From Lingula anatina (lineage: Eukaryota; Animalia; Brachiopoda), in assembly GCA_051362555.1 (NCBI GenBank), contig CM120642.1, forward strand, positions 18,104,001 to 18,168,000: 64,000 nucleotides of DNA. Reading direction: 5' to 3'. Below, one piece after another: positions 24,153 to 37,716 of this stretch. Numbering within the stretch: the first letter of the stretch is position 1; each line of letters opens with the position of its first letter. The notes under the pieces are model-generated. The model ran no database searches. It was not told the DNA's origin and was given only the letters and a program-made list of their open reading frames with translations. A program made the position numbers and the translations under genes.

Positions 24153-24411
24153 GATTCCGAAGGCGTTTTGTCTTTGTGCAGATGATATTGATTTCAGACA
24201 AAGGCCTGAATCGGTCAGTCTCTACCCTTGGAAACTCATGACTACCTTGTCGACGAAATTGTAGTTTAAAAAAAAGCATTCTCAAACAAAAAATACTTTT
24301 GACTTTTCTCTTTTTATCAAAGTCCAAAGGGGTTTATTTTGATTGGTAAAGATCTGATTTTTCTACTCTGATTATAAGGAAAAACATTCAAATACAATAC
24401 AGTTTACTCAC

Positions 24412-24580
24412 CATACGGTGGAAGATTATCCAGAAATTCACAAATATATCGGTGAATTTCAGCCACACTGGTAAACGGACGAAGCGTCCAAACTGAAGCC
24501 GCACAAAGTGGATTCTTTTGTACAACGTTACCAAAATGTGCAACGAAAGCTTCGAAATCCATTCTGTTAATCGGGTCCAT
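24412..24580 (-). CDS. URAD: URAD paralogue (copy 2), coding exon 1 (spliced protein 178 aa)
   Basis: Not in the ORF track; read manually as MDPINRMDFEAFVAHFGNVVQKNPLCAASVWTLRPFTSVAEIHRYICEFLDNLPPY. Phase-1 donor G|GTGAGT is at the same codon as in copy 1, and an in-frame TAG lies two codons upstream of the ATG. Confidence 0.92.
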
Positions 24581-25499
24581 CTTCTATCTTTTGGGTTTTT
24601 CTGGTTTCTTAGGTCAGTATACAATTAGAGTCTTCTTCATCAGCCTCGCCCAAAAACACAATCGTAAGTTTCCCTGTTGCAAGATATAAAGGCACTTTAG
24701 TCCTTATCACTGTCTTTAACTTACATTAAAACTTAGAAGATAGCCAAACGATTGACCTTTTTTCAAAACAATAAAATCAGATACCAAAACCCTCAAACTA
24801 AACTTCAGCTTGAATCCCTCGGATCCCGTTTTACACGGGGCGTTTAGCATACAATTTGCGGTATAGAAACAAGACTGGTCCAAACACGGTTTTACGCTAC
24901 AGGGGGGGGGGGGGGGGGGGGGGGTTATTCTCCTTAATATGATCGCTTCCGCTTCTGTTTGAACTAATTGAAATTAATACGATCGACTGGTCGTATCTAG
25001 CTCGGGGGGCGCTGTATATGTAGTTTTCTTACGTAATTTACGGGCTAATAAGTTGTTTGTCCTGTAAGCATTTCGGCACAGAAACGTGTTGCGTACAAAG
25101 AGCCTAAAATCCTTTGGCGACACGACTTCGGCTTGTAAAATGCGAGAAAAATTAAAAGACAACACTGTAGACAGAGAAAATCCCAGTTTTCGAATTTTAG
25201 GGAAATAGCACTAAAAAAACACGATTATTAAATCTACGACCTGCTCTGTTGCGGCGGATAAAACTGATCCCCCCTCCATCCAAAAACATATTACATGTAG
25301 TTCAACATGTTAGGTACAGCTAAAATATTCTGGGGGAAATAATTATATGGTACCGGTAGGTTACCCTCTACCAGGGCCACAGATTAACTTTTCACAGGAT
25401 ATTCACAAATATGTCTTTAGATAAATAGACGATCATTTTACAATTTTTGGATTTTCCCATTTTTCCCTGTATAATCTGCTAGGTCTAGTGTATGTTTGT

Positions 25500-25587
25500 T
25501 TTGCCTCAGTTTTCGGCCTTACAAGCTCACGGTACCCTTACCAGCGGTAAGGGTACCGTGAGCTTGTAAGGCCGAAAATGAGGCAAA
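25500..25587. repeat. Near-perfect palindrome (33-bp perfect stem, 3-nt loop, plus 9-bp outer stem)
   Basis: TTTTCGGCCTTACAAGCTCACGGTACCCTTACC-agc-GGTAAGGGTACCGTGAGCTTGTAAGGCCGAAAA, extended by TTTGCCTCA/TGAGGCAAA after a 1-nt bulge. Confidence 0.95.
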
Positions 25588-27135
25588 TGTTTTTTATACA
25601 ATAAAAGATTTTTTTCTGAGCTCAGTATATTCTTTTAAAGAACCCAGTAGTGTGATGTCAAAGTCAAAGTTTCTCTTTTGGTAAATATTGACTTTCATCA
25701 GATCTCGAATTTCCGGATGTAAGATAAAAAATATAAAATTAAAACTTTCTGCACATTTTTTCTAAAGCCTACCTCAGATACTCTGGTCACAATGGAGATT
25801 TTCGTCAGTGATGTTGGGCCTGAGCACTAGTCAATGAGGTGATTAGATTACCCTAACTGTCCGATATGTGATTTCTCCATCCGTCTCAGTTTAGGCAGTT
25901 CAGTACGGGTAGGACTTGTCTCTTTCATCTTCTCTCACGCCACATCTGTATCCAGTAACTCTGCTGTTCCCCATGGGGGGGGGGTTGAAGGTCGGGGCTA
26001 TCCCATTGGATTTGTATCTAATACAACACCAATCTGAACCAACACCAGGGGGCAAAGACGGGGGGGGGGGGGGAGGCACATTGTGGCACATTTAGGTTAT
26101 CTTAATTGACTTTAATTGACTCGTTGAACAGTAATCAGCGCAGACGTTACTGTCTATGTTTGTCACGTGACCGATAGATCTGAGATGCTCTTCATTTTGA
26201 TTTTGTATATTTTATTGTATGTTTTTTGTATGAAGGTATTATACAAATTTTGATTTTGTGAGATTTTATTGGATATGTTAAACTAGCAGTCACCTCATTG
26301 TCTCCCTTACAAAAGCGCAAAGTCAGCCATTGAAATAAATAAAAACAATATGGATATACTTATTGCAATTATCACACCAAAATATACACAAAAAAATGTG
26401 TGTGTGTGTATGTGTGTGTGTGCGTGCGCGCACGCGTGTGCCTGGGTACATGGCTGTAACTAAAAGTTGAGGCAGATCTCTTAGAACGATAATTCAAGTT
26501 CCAGTCACAAAAATTACACGCTTTCATAATTTTTACACAAAGTCGCACCTTACTGGGGTACACCTAACACACTGCTTCTACTCTGCCAATCGTCATTCTA
26601 TAAAGACGACAGGTGGCGCAGTGGATAGTACTTGTTCTCATTTTCAATTACACGTTGAATGTGAAAAACAGCACGATAAGCACAGTTCAAATTATGAATG
26701 TTTAGGACATTGTAACAATATTTTTGTTTTCAATAAAATTGGAACTGAGTGGTGTGCGAACGCACCCGTTTTTGAATGTGTGTGTGCGTGGGTGTGTGCG
26801 TTTGCGTGTGCGTCGCACCAGACACAATTGCACTTGGTAATAAATCACGCATTTTTAGGTCGTTTCCCTGTCCACCAAGTAATCCAAACACGGTTGAATA
26901 TTGTCCCATCCTGCATGTTCTGTGAATCATGAAAAATGTTCCTACCAAAGAAAAGGACTTAGAAATAACGAATTTGGCACATTTTCTTAAAAACATTTTG
27001 TGGCTACATGTATAATAGTCACTGTAATTAATTTCAGTGGGCATTATCTAAGAACAGAGTAAAATGATTTTTTAATAGTACTATCCGTAATTGAAACACG
27101 AATATCAAAGGTTTAGTTAAAAATATGTGCCCTCA

Positions 27136-27319
27136 CAGGGTCGTAGGCAGGGAGGATTCGGAGGGGGATGGGGTAGGGGGGTGAATTTAAGACCTTTTTT
27201 GGTCAGGAAAAGGCCTCTCGAAATCGAAATCTGAACCAAGTTCTATGAATCTCGCAGGTTTCGCAATAAAAAAGTCCACACTTTCAGAACAAGGTCTTAC
27301 ATCTCTTCGTACAGCCCTG
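27136..27319. mobile_element. hAT-like MITE remnant
   Basis: Imperfect inverted ends CAGGGTCGTA/TACAGCCCTG and similarity to 7062-7155. TSD not recognisable. Confidence 0.5.
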
Positions 27320-30300
27320 CCCAGGTATTTGCCCAGTTGTGTGCGTTTACATGCACATTGGTCATTTGAACAATATCAGCACCAGGCAGGTTAACTTGGT
27401 TCTTAAAATATTTTGAATTTTATATCATATTATCATTTAGAAACAAAAGAAAAATGAAACCATTGAAGGTTATTTAGCTCTTGTATATTCATTGAGTAAC
27501 TGTCATTAAAAAGACGCCCGAGAAATTACACCATGTCTTTGCCTTCTTTAGCATTGAATGATACGCAGGTAGTCTTGCAGTTTGTAAGCAAAGGGGTTTA
27601 CACAAATAAATGTGCACGAGCGCACACACGTACACACGCATACAAATATTAAGAATACAGTTCTCCTGATTCTTACCAGATTTTTTAAACGTTTAATGTT
27701 ACATTGATCATATAAGTTCACACGAGTAAATAAGAAATTAAGAAGTTCAGATTATTCATATATTTCTTCAAAAGGTTTGTAGAAATTAATGTATTTACGT
27801 TTTTTTTTGTTGTGAACTTTTTTGAGTGTTCGTATTTGAACCTCATCTTTTCATACTAAAATTAATTTTGGATAAGTCACGCAAGCATTTTACAAAGACA
27901 CGTGAGCATGAGTAAACAAAACGGGTAACTATACATAATTACCATGCATTAAAACGTTCAAATATTTTACACAATTTGATAACTCATATACTTATATTCG
28001 TCTGACTAAAATGGTAAAACGTATCCGATCATAACATTTTTTAAAAGATAACGAATGTAATTCAGTATTTTTTTAACAATTAGAAATGTTTCTATCATTG
28101 TATGTAGATTCAAGATGTATCCAATGAATATCACTTGGGATAATAACTAATTTTAAAATAAATGAAAAACGGAGTAAGACAATAAGACGTGATAGTTGTT
28201 TCTTGTCAGGTAAAAGTAGAGAAGACCTCGCTCCCCTTTTCACAATTGCCAAAATGAAACAAATTGATATCGTCTTAATATTTGATATCAAGGTTATCAT
28301 TGCCATTTGCGTTCAATTATAAATCCTCCAATCATTAAAATAATATACATGTGGTTATTTAAAACGAGCAGTTCGGTTTTAACCTTGCGTCCACGTGCAT
28401 TGGTTTTTACCCCACTGGTTGTAATTTGTGCTCGCATTTACCTCAACTTTGTCATAGTTCGAGGTATCTTATGCCAGTAGAGAATTTCAGAGAATTTATT
28501 TCCCACGTTATTTCTGCTATCTCTTTGACGTATCCAGTTATCTTATGTAATTTAGTTTGCAACTGCTTTCGATGATGAAAAAGATAACATTGTTTTGTGG
28601 ATTTTAGCGATAATGGACGTTTTTTTTATTGTCTTGAATGTTTTAACGTTTTTAAATGTTAAACCGTACTAAGGCCTGATAATGTAACGGTTTATTGGCG
28701 CTGGAAATTTGTTGTAAATATTATTCGATGAAGGTCTTTTTTATCTGTGGGAAACCCTGTGAATGTTCCTATTAATTTATGAGTAAGATATATTTAGATT
28801 GATTTGACATGCCACAATTTCATGTTTTTTCTTTATTTGTAGAGATATGAAATAATAATAATTGTTCATATTTTAATTTTAAAGGTAGCTTATCAGAGGT
28901 GTTCTCCTGACGTTGACGGAAAGCAAACATGTTCTTCTTTTCTGAAAACAGGCTCTTTCAAATAAACAAAGATTTATAAAAAAACATCATTAAGTCAACG
29001 TTAATACCCTAATCCACTCATGCAAGTCTTTTCCGAGTACTTCACTTGATCTGCTTTTAGGGGAAAATACGATAGGCCTGCGCTTCCTAATCAAATTTAT
29101 GCGGATATACACTGAAAGAAAACTCCCCATCTGTTTAGCGCTGTGATTCACAATGGCACGCGGCTCAAGCACGCGCCATTTCTGCGCGCCACGAGAGGCT
29201 GCACGTGCCTCTTTGTGGAAGTGAGAGGTCCTCACGCACGCTCAGGTCGGAGATTTTCCACCAAATTTCCATCCCTGAAATTGAAAACAGTTGCAAAATT
29301 GTGTAATCTCCTTTGCATCCATTCCGGTGTTCTGCACCTTAACTATCTAGCTATCGGGTGCATTATGGGCCTTTTTAATGTCACCATTAAAATCGCAACC
29401 AATTTTGTTTCACAAGGACATGGCTAGTATTCTCACGCTCCATGTTCAAGGCAGCAATAACAGATGTGATGCCTATTGCACCCAATCATGATGTTATTAT
29501 ATTTATAACCCATAGCCTCAAAACGCACCCTGCCGCAGAGCAATATTATGGCAAAGAGACAATTAGAAGGCAAGCAAAGACAAGGAAGTCGTAGGAAGGA
29601 AACTTTATCCCTCTGTTGACGCCGTGATATAGTTCACTTGAGAGGCTACGATATATATCACCGTTATTTTCTCAAAAGTGAGAAGCCATTGAAAGAGAAA
29701 TTCAACACATGCGGCATGAAGCTCTTCAATATTAGACCCAAAAAACAAAAGAAAGAAAAAAACAATTCAAGTATGTCCGCGTGTGTTGCACATCCGTTTA
29801 TCTTCCAAGCACGTGTCAGTCCCTATGCTTCCCTTGTAAATACAAATGTACATGTGTAGTCAAGGAGTTAATTTATTTAAAACAACAACAGCAACAATCA
29901 AAGCATATACAATACAAAATCTTCGTGCGGAACAATCAAAGCGAGATTCGCTTGAAAAGTCATAGATGGTTTAATAAGAAAGCTGTCAATGCGCCATCTC
30001 ATGCTTTCAAATGAACTTAAGCTATCTCAGAAGCGCCCCTCGAACAATGAAACAATACTGTGTTCTTTCGATATAGAGGTTGTAAATAAATAACATTAAT
30101 AACTTTAAGATATCGACTCTCACATTTGAAGAGATCATCACAATCTTCCCAGACTGTAAATAATTACGATTCCTTCGGGAAATCGCGTCAGTCTGTCATA
30201 CGTGATCTAACAAAACACAAATAAACATTTATTTGTATTGAGAAAAAGAAAAAAGTAATATGAAAAAACAGGTCAAACATCTTTACCTGAATGTGTTAAG

Positions 30301-31961
30301 AATAACGTGCAAGGGCCCCGTTTAGCAGGGGCTAAAGGAAGGGGGGAGGCTGATATCTGCATAACTCAATGCACGATATAGTTGCTGGTGCAGAAGGCTG
30401 TAATCAAACGTTTTAAAACACTTCCCATGTGTACAAGGATCTATTGCGTCTTCACGTTTATTTTTCAATGAGGCAACTCCGCGAGAAAGACAATTTGTCT
30501 CTGTGTGATAATGGTCTGTAATGGAGTTCTTTAGTGTGGTCATGGATTACGAGTCGTTTACAAAGTGGAACACGAGATTTCATTCAAAACCAACCAGTAT
30601 GACGTAAGGCCCGCACAAAAGCGCCAACTTGTTGCAATTACGACCAAATAATGACGTATCAACAATACACGATATGATGTGAAAACATAAGTAGACATTA
30701 CGCACGGGTGAATAATTTAATGCTCTATATTTACTTCCTTATTCATTATTTGAAAGGGACATATGTCTAAAGTCGAATGAAATGATAACAAATACACACG
30801 GCCTGCATTCAAGTGCAGAGAACTCCTAAACACATCGGTACATGTTGCAGTACAAAGAATAATATTAAAAGCAGTGGTTCCGCCTTGCTTAATGTTTTCA
30901 TCACATTCAACTAGAGTATGGTGAATATTTATTTCTACCAGCAGCCACTGAATAAGTCCCCTTATGAAGCAGACAAGACAGCTAATAGAATATCTGAATT
31001 AAAATGAAGTAATAATGCTGTTTCCACATTAAAAAAAGAGATGATTATTGCCTAACATATACGCACGTTGTTTTTCCCCTTTTCTTTCTTTTGTGCATAT
31101 GCCTTACAATAATTCGATAAGGAGACGATATCGACAGAGACGCTGAGAAAGGGGATAAATTATGTGATTGTCAGACGGACAGGTTTTTACTACAATTACT
31201 ACCTCCGGAATGCTCTAATAGGCAGCTGATTTATGACCATTGTGTTCTTCGTCCCACATTATCTTTTGAAATTCATGTTATTGTGATTCGCGACGTAGAA
31301 AAAAAAAATGATCTGATTCACACAAGGCGGATGTAATATTTAGATAGAAGTGCCCGCCGTGTAAGTGACGCTCTTTATTCTAAATGCAGCATGCAGCGAC
31401 ATTCGCTGTGGGTAAATTCTTCTTTGTACGCTATCACACGACATGGTAATTATAATGAAATATGTTTTTAAAAGATGTCAGTGTTTGTGGGGGGAGGGGG
31501 GGGGGTTGAGAGAGAGAAAGAGAGAGAGGTGGGAGTACATTGGAATTAGATATCATGCTAACTTTTGCAATAATAAATCTTCTGCTATTCCGTATGACTT
31601 GGTTATGTAAAAGTGACCGACAATATCTACATATACATATCTATTTAACAAACCATCTTCATGAATTGAGTTGCAGTTTCAAAGGAAACCTTTCTGAAGA
31701 TGCCCTCACGATGTTGACTAAAAGCAAATATAGTCCTCTTTTATGAAAACAGATGATTTATGATTAACCGATATTCTTTTTAAAAAAACCTTTACTGAGC
31801 CGAAGCTAAAATACTTCACTTGTATTTTGTATCAACACACTTGTGAGTACACTGAGGTCACGAAAAAAGTTAACTGGCTCAACCACTGTTACCAGAATAA
31901 TATCTCCGTTTTGTCTGCGCTGAACCGAGGAATGGGCATCTTCTCATTATTTCAGAGGTAT

Positions 31962-31963
<2 letters not shown>

Positions 31964-32019
<56 letters not shown>

Positions 32020-32035
32020 TGTGCGTGTGTGCGTG
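31964..32035. repeat. poly-T run followed by (TG)n
   Basis: Direct inspection. Confidence 0.9.
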
Positions 32036-35000
32036 AAACGAATCAAGGTTTGAAGACAAAGCATGCATGGTTTTTACATAAAAAGATATGTTCTTGAAAC
32101 TTTAATGAGATGGCGAATGCTCAATTTCGAACCGACTGGAATTCGAGAATTGATCTAAGAATCCGATTGTGAACAATGCCTTAATGAACATCAGTTGTGA
32201 AGTTGACAATGATTTCCTCAAAAGTTATACAGCGAGCAACTGAGATCTGATTTGATGAATTAGTTTTCTCCAGTAATTCGCATATATGTCATCTTTAAAT
32301 TAGACAAGAATAACGGAACACATGTCTGCATGTCTTATCTTATAAAGTATTTCTGAGGAGCCGTTATTCATAATCTAATCATCTCAATACTGACTTATTT
32401 TAGCCTAGAGTCATAACAGGATCAAATCAAACTCAAATACAAAAAAAAGCTACCTTAAAACTAAAGTACATGATTTAAGTACATGTATGTTCATGACTTC
32501 TAGGTCCTTATTGCAAGCAAATTAATTTTCAGCCCGGTATTTTCGTTGCCTTTAAGAAAATCTGAAGATCAAAGCGCGTTACGAGAGCCCAGATGAAGAA
32601 GTGAATGTGCTTTAGAGGGCTTCTTTGAGAATACGGAGTAACATATGGCATGATGCATCCTTGTGATTACTACCCATTCCAGAAATGACGGTTTCGTAAC
32701 GCATCAATTTGGCTTTTGTTTTTCATCAACACATATTAGGAAAATTGAACAAAACAAGTACCCCAGGATTTTCTAAACCGCAAGAAACCTTACAGCATTC
32801 ACAACTCGATGTTGATTTACTACCATTACAGTTTTAGTTTGTTATTTCTTTGTGCGTCTTGTAATATCGATCTACGTGTCTTCCATAAGCCACATTAAAA
32901 AAACACTAAAATAGAATTAGTTTTCAAAAATGAAACACGGCACAAATATCGAAATATGCGACAAAGTTTAATGTTAGCTACAATAAAATGTTCAAATTTA
33001 ATAACGTTTTTTTCTCAGACTAATTTGTTCAGTGCCAAGAACCACCAATAGCCTGTCTCCCGCTAATTTCATGCCGTAATCCCCCCCCCCTCCAGCGTGA
33101 CAAGTCCCAAAGGTACAAGCATGTCAATTTCATCGATTAGCTCAAGTTTTGTTTTGGCTGGCGTCGGTTGCAATGCAATTTGTTGATTTCCCAAGGTGCC
33201 AGTTAAATTTGATTAAGTACCGCGGATAAATATACCGAGGATCTGGCCAGTCGACTTGGTAGCTGAAGACGACGGCGCGGACGGGTACAGCCAGGAGGTC
33301 CAAGTCTAAGATTTTGCTGCACGATTCAAGACGCAAAAGTTGACAAAGGCTCTGTTTTCTTTCCATTATGGAGCCCCATGTAACGCAAAAAAGGGAGAGA
33401 GGAAGTATGATGGCGTTTCCGATGCTTTCTGCTTTGACGATATCGCCGATACTCGTATACATGGAATTACTTTGATGACCTTCTTGAGGATTTTCTTAGG
33501 TATCGCATATGATGCCGCGTGTTAAATATGGGATCGGTTTCTATGTTGTTTCTATCCCAAAAAGGATTTGGAATTTTTTTCATTCGATGAAAATGTTTTT
33601 GATGAAAAGGGGAAGGGCTATGATCTTATTAGATATGCAAGCAAATAGCTCATATGTTGCGGGAAATTTTTGTGGAAATATTGTTTTATTACTGAGTTCT
33701 CACTTTTGGGCGTGCTGCTTTAAAATAAAATACATAGGTTATATATTTATATCTGAGTGCTTATGTTAATTTACGCGTTAGGGTCTTCTCGACTTACAAT
33801 TTCATAATATCGTTATGTTCGTTTACATATTTCTTTGCATCTCGAACGTCCACTAATTTCAATAAAGCCACCTGTCCATTAAATCGGGACTGGTTGTTTG
33901 CTCTTAAACATAATTTAAGAAGTTAAAGACAAAAATGCATATTTTGAATAGTGTTATTTACAATGTGTGGTCAATTTTTTTCACCTTCAATGTGATAATT
34001 TTGTGTCCAAGATTCTTATTCCTAGCAAAGAAAGAATTCACTGATACATAGCACTAAACGCTTAACCTACTGTTTTGCAATTTTTTTTTGTAAGAATGAT
34101 GATAAGTTTACTGTTTGGTATAAACACCAACGCACACTTTTACGGCTATATTAAACCGTTTCAGACCTTACTTTTTAAATATGCTGTAAATATACTGTAA
34201 GTCATGTCAACTCTGTGTGAAGTGGTCAACGCGCGTAATGACCTATGTAAATAACTTGTTAACAGATGTTTTTCTCATCTTAGCAAGCGGTTTTATCTAC
34301 ATAAAAGGAAGAAAAAACTTAGAACCATATAAAAAATTACAGTTTATCTTTCATGTATATTGAGATATCATTGCCGATAATTTTAGGTAGAGATGGATGT
34401 AAGAACTAGATTACTTGGGTAATATCTGTTAGAAAAATGAGAACTTGATTTTCATTTATACTTTCATACAATTTTTAGAAACATTGAAGGTCCATTCAGT
34501 ACGTATAGGTGTTGAGAGGTTATGGATGAAAAAAATTAGAAAATTAAGTTGCTAAAATTTAGTCAGTTCATGTTCACATTTTGTATATTAGAATTGAACA
34601 CTGACGAGCAGAATTGCCAATTTTATGCATTTGCGTGTATTCAGCGCATTTTAACTGACGATTCATTTGATTCATATGAGTCGTTCTGTTGCTACTAACT
34701 TGAACAGTAATACATCTTGTCATCCCGTGAAAATAATTCACGACACTCGGAACATGTGCACAGAACAAAAATGCAAGCATTGTCGCTTGTAATGACTACT
34801 CTCTCTCTCCTCCCCCCTCTCTCTCTCTCTCTTTTTTTTTCATTTGAAAATATGAATGGCGTATTTTACAGATTTCCGTTTAAGCTGAATTCAGAGTAAA
34901 TGCAGGCCTAAATTACCAAAATTAATATTTGTGGTGCATTGCTCCTCCTGTAAGCGCGCCTCACATCACGTTAGTCAGGTATTAAGCAGGTAAATTATTT

Positions 35001-35726
35001 TGATCTGATGACACATTTTTTTTCGTTGTGCCAGTCGCCTTTATGTGTGCTTGCAATTTCGTAATTAGCCTGCCAGTAGTCTTTGAATCACTTCTCTTAA
35101 TTCATCCCACGAGTGACTGGAAATTATATTCATCCTCGGGTATACATCCGTTTTATGATAAATCGTTTGGGCCTGCCTTTACGAAAGGGAAGGACCCCCT
35201 CCTCCAATGTATGAATTTGTAGTTATCCTTTTGTGAAGCGGTCTAAGCTCGATGGACAGAATCAGAAAGACCAATGGTCAGAATCGTAAAGAAATATTAC
35301 AGGGGGTCTTGCAATCATCAAGTGACTGCCGCCTTAATTAAGACCTAAAACCAATTCACGAAAACAGGATTTTTCAGAAGGCATCTATATGTATGGCATT
35401 ACAATACGACACTTGTTACTAGCTGAGTGTTCTATATAGAAGATTGGTCTAACATGCTATATTCCATTAGTGATAATTACATTCTGAAGTCAACAATAAA
35501 GATAAGCAGGGAAACACGTCAATGTACGCGATATTTCTACATTTTTTGACTTTGTGAACTGAAACCCAAGAAACCTGACAGATTAAACAGGCCTTTGGGT
35601 AATCCAAAGTGAGCGGCTAAAAGTACATATTGCATATAAATATAACTTTCTTAGATAATACAATAAATAACGGTTATTTCAGACAAGATCGATTTTCACC
35701 TATGATCTCTTTGAATTGTGATTTAT

Positions 35727-36176
35727 CGGTTTTTTGCTATCTCTTTTTTTTTTACTATAACACTTGTTCCAGTCTATACCAAAGAATTATCACACCTGTG
35801 TACTTAAATATGTTTTTTATTCGCCTTCAGTACCACTCCGGTTTTTTGCTATCTCTTTTTTTTTTACTATAACACTTGTTCCAGTCTATACCAAAGAATT
35901 ATCACACCTGTGTTCTTAAATATGTTTTTTATTCGCCTTCAGTACCACTCCGGTTTTTTGCTATCTCTTTTTTTTTACTATAACACTTGTTCCAGTCTAT
36001 ACCAAAGAATTATCACACCTGTGTTCTTAAATATGTTTTTTATTCGCCTTCAGTACCACTCCGGTTTTTTGCTATCTCTTTTTTTTTTACTATAACACTT
36101 GTTCCAGTCTATACCAAAGAATTATCACACCCGTTTTCTTAAATATGTTTTTTTATTCGCCTTCAGTACCACTCCG
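35727..36176. repeat. Minisatellite, ~111-112-bp unit, 4 copies
   Basis: Unit CGGTTTTTTGCTATCTC(T)nACTATAACACTTGTTCCAGTCTATACCAAAGAATTATCACACC...CAGTACCACTC starts at 35727, 35839, 35951 and 36062. Confidence 0.95.
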
Positions 36177-37147
36177 AACCACTATACATATATGGTATAG
36201 AATGTTGCCTGGTCCTAGTTGAAATGTAATCAATATCAGGACAGAGATTTCATTAAAATGTTGAGGTTGGCCGTCTTACAAGAGACCACATCACTTAAAC
36301 ATTACATATAACTTCAACTCCGGTATTATTTTTGGGGGGATATTTCTATTGAACGCTGCATAGTTGTAACGTTAGTTAACGAATTGATTTTTTGTGCAGG
36401 TGCAACACCATAAAGTAGTCCTTAAATAAATTTCGTTGAGACATAGAGTATTATTTTTCAGATACAAAATCTGCGGTACCGTTCCCCCCCTTTTTTTGGA
36501 CACCCGATATACTGTATATACAATATTCCACCAATGATAATAATAATATTTTATTCAACTTTTAATGTTACATGCTAATACCGTTAGTTGCCTATGCTAT
36601 TTCTCAAACTTTTGTTCACTTACCAAAAATTAAATAAATAAGTAAATATAAATGAAATAATATCTGTAATCGAAATCCTTGTATACCTTAAAGCGTTTAG
36701 CAAGTTCATATAACAATTGGCACGAAAATAGTGTGTATATCGAATGGATAGATATTGAAAAGAAATTAAAAAAAACGACTCAACTTAAGATCTTAAATTT
36801 TCGCATTCTGCCTATTACTGTCAACAAAATTTCACAACTGCAAGCTTGTGCTTCTGGCATACATCGTTTTTGACTCTTTGTGGCTCTTTTATCTCCCCTG
36901 TGGATGCACCAGATCATCTACATTCCATTACATTTATGCTAGGTACGCACTTTCAATTAAAATATCGCTAATTCACAATATATATATATTTGTGTAATCA
37001 CGGTTTAGACGTCAATGTTTTTTATCTTCCCTGCATTGCAGTTTGAAATTTGTTAATTGTTTTCCGACAACATATTTTTCAGTGGTAAAACAACAACTTG
37101 TATGAGATCCCTTCGCTCAGAGTGGAACGCCTGAAGACAGTTCTAAA

Positions 37148-37149
<2 letters not shown>

Positions 37150-37188
<39 letters not shown>
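37150..37188. repeat. (AAT)n microsatellite
   Basis: Direct inspection. Confidence 0.9.
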
Positions 37189-37189
<1 letters not shown>

Positions 37190-37716
37190 CAAAAACGACA
37201 ACATCTTATATGAAATACTTGTCTTAATATTATCCTTATATGAATAATATATCATGTTGAAAACATTCTTAAAGTAGTTAATGAAGAAAAAGCTAGGACG
37301 CTACATAATTTTAGCGTGATGTAGGAGGATTGATGAAATGAATAAGTAATGACTTAATCTACTCTCTGCTCATAATCTATCTACGTTTATAGTTCGACGG
37401 CACTAATTATACTATACTTGCATACGTGATTCACAATGCGTCAGCAGGTTGTGCACAAATTTCGTAATGACTCTCGCTAATTGGCAATTGTGCATAAAAC
37501 CAACTTTGTGCCGTCTTAAATCCTTAACAACAAGACACATATTGTAAAGACATTGAAACGATGGCAACACTGCCAATTCTAATGAAGGATATTTCTGAAG
37601 CACGCTCCAAAATATGCATTGTAAAACCGACAGTAAAGGATCACCACGCACTTGGAGCAATTATCAGATTGTTGTGTGTCCTGACACAATTGTCCTAAAC
37701 TCCTATGGGATAAATG

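Noticed and set aside
24388-24624. 78-aa minus-strand ORF from the track
   Set aside because: Wrong frame; the real URAD-2 exon 1 is the overlapping frame 24580-24412.
33142-33525. 106-aa and 61-aa ORFs in a CpG-rich patch
   Set aside because: No protein-like motif or splice support; more likely non-coding.
35727-36176. Regular repeat array superficially like CRISPR
   Set aside because: Whole units are repeated with no unique spacers, the context is eukaryotic and there are no cas genes.
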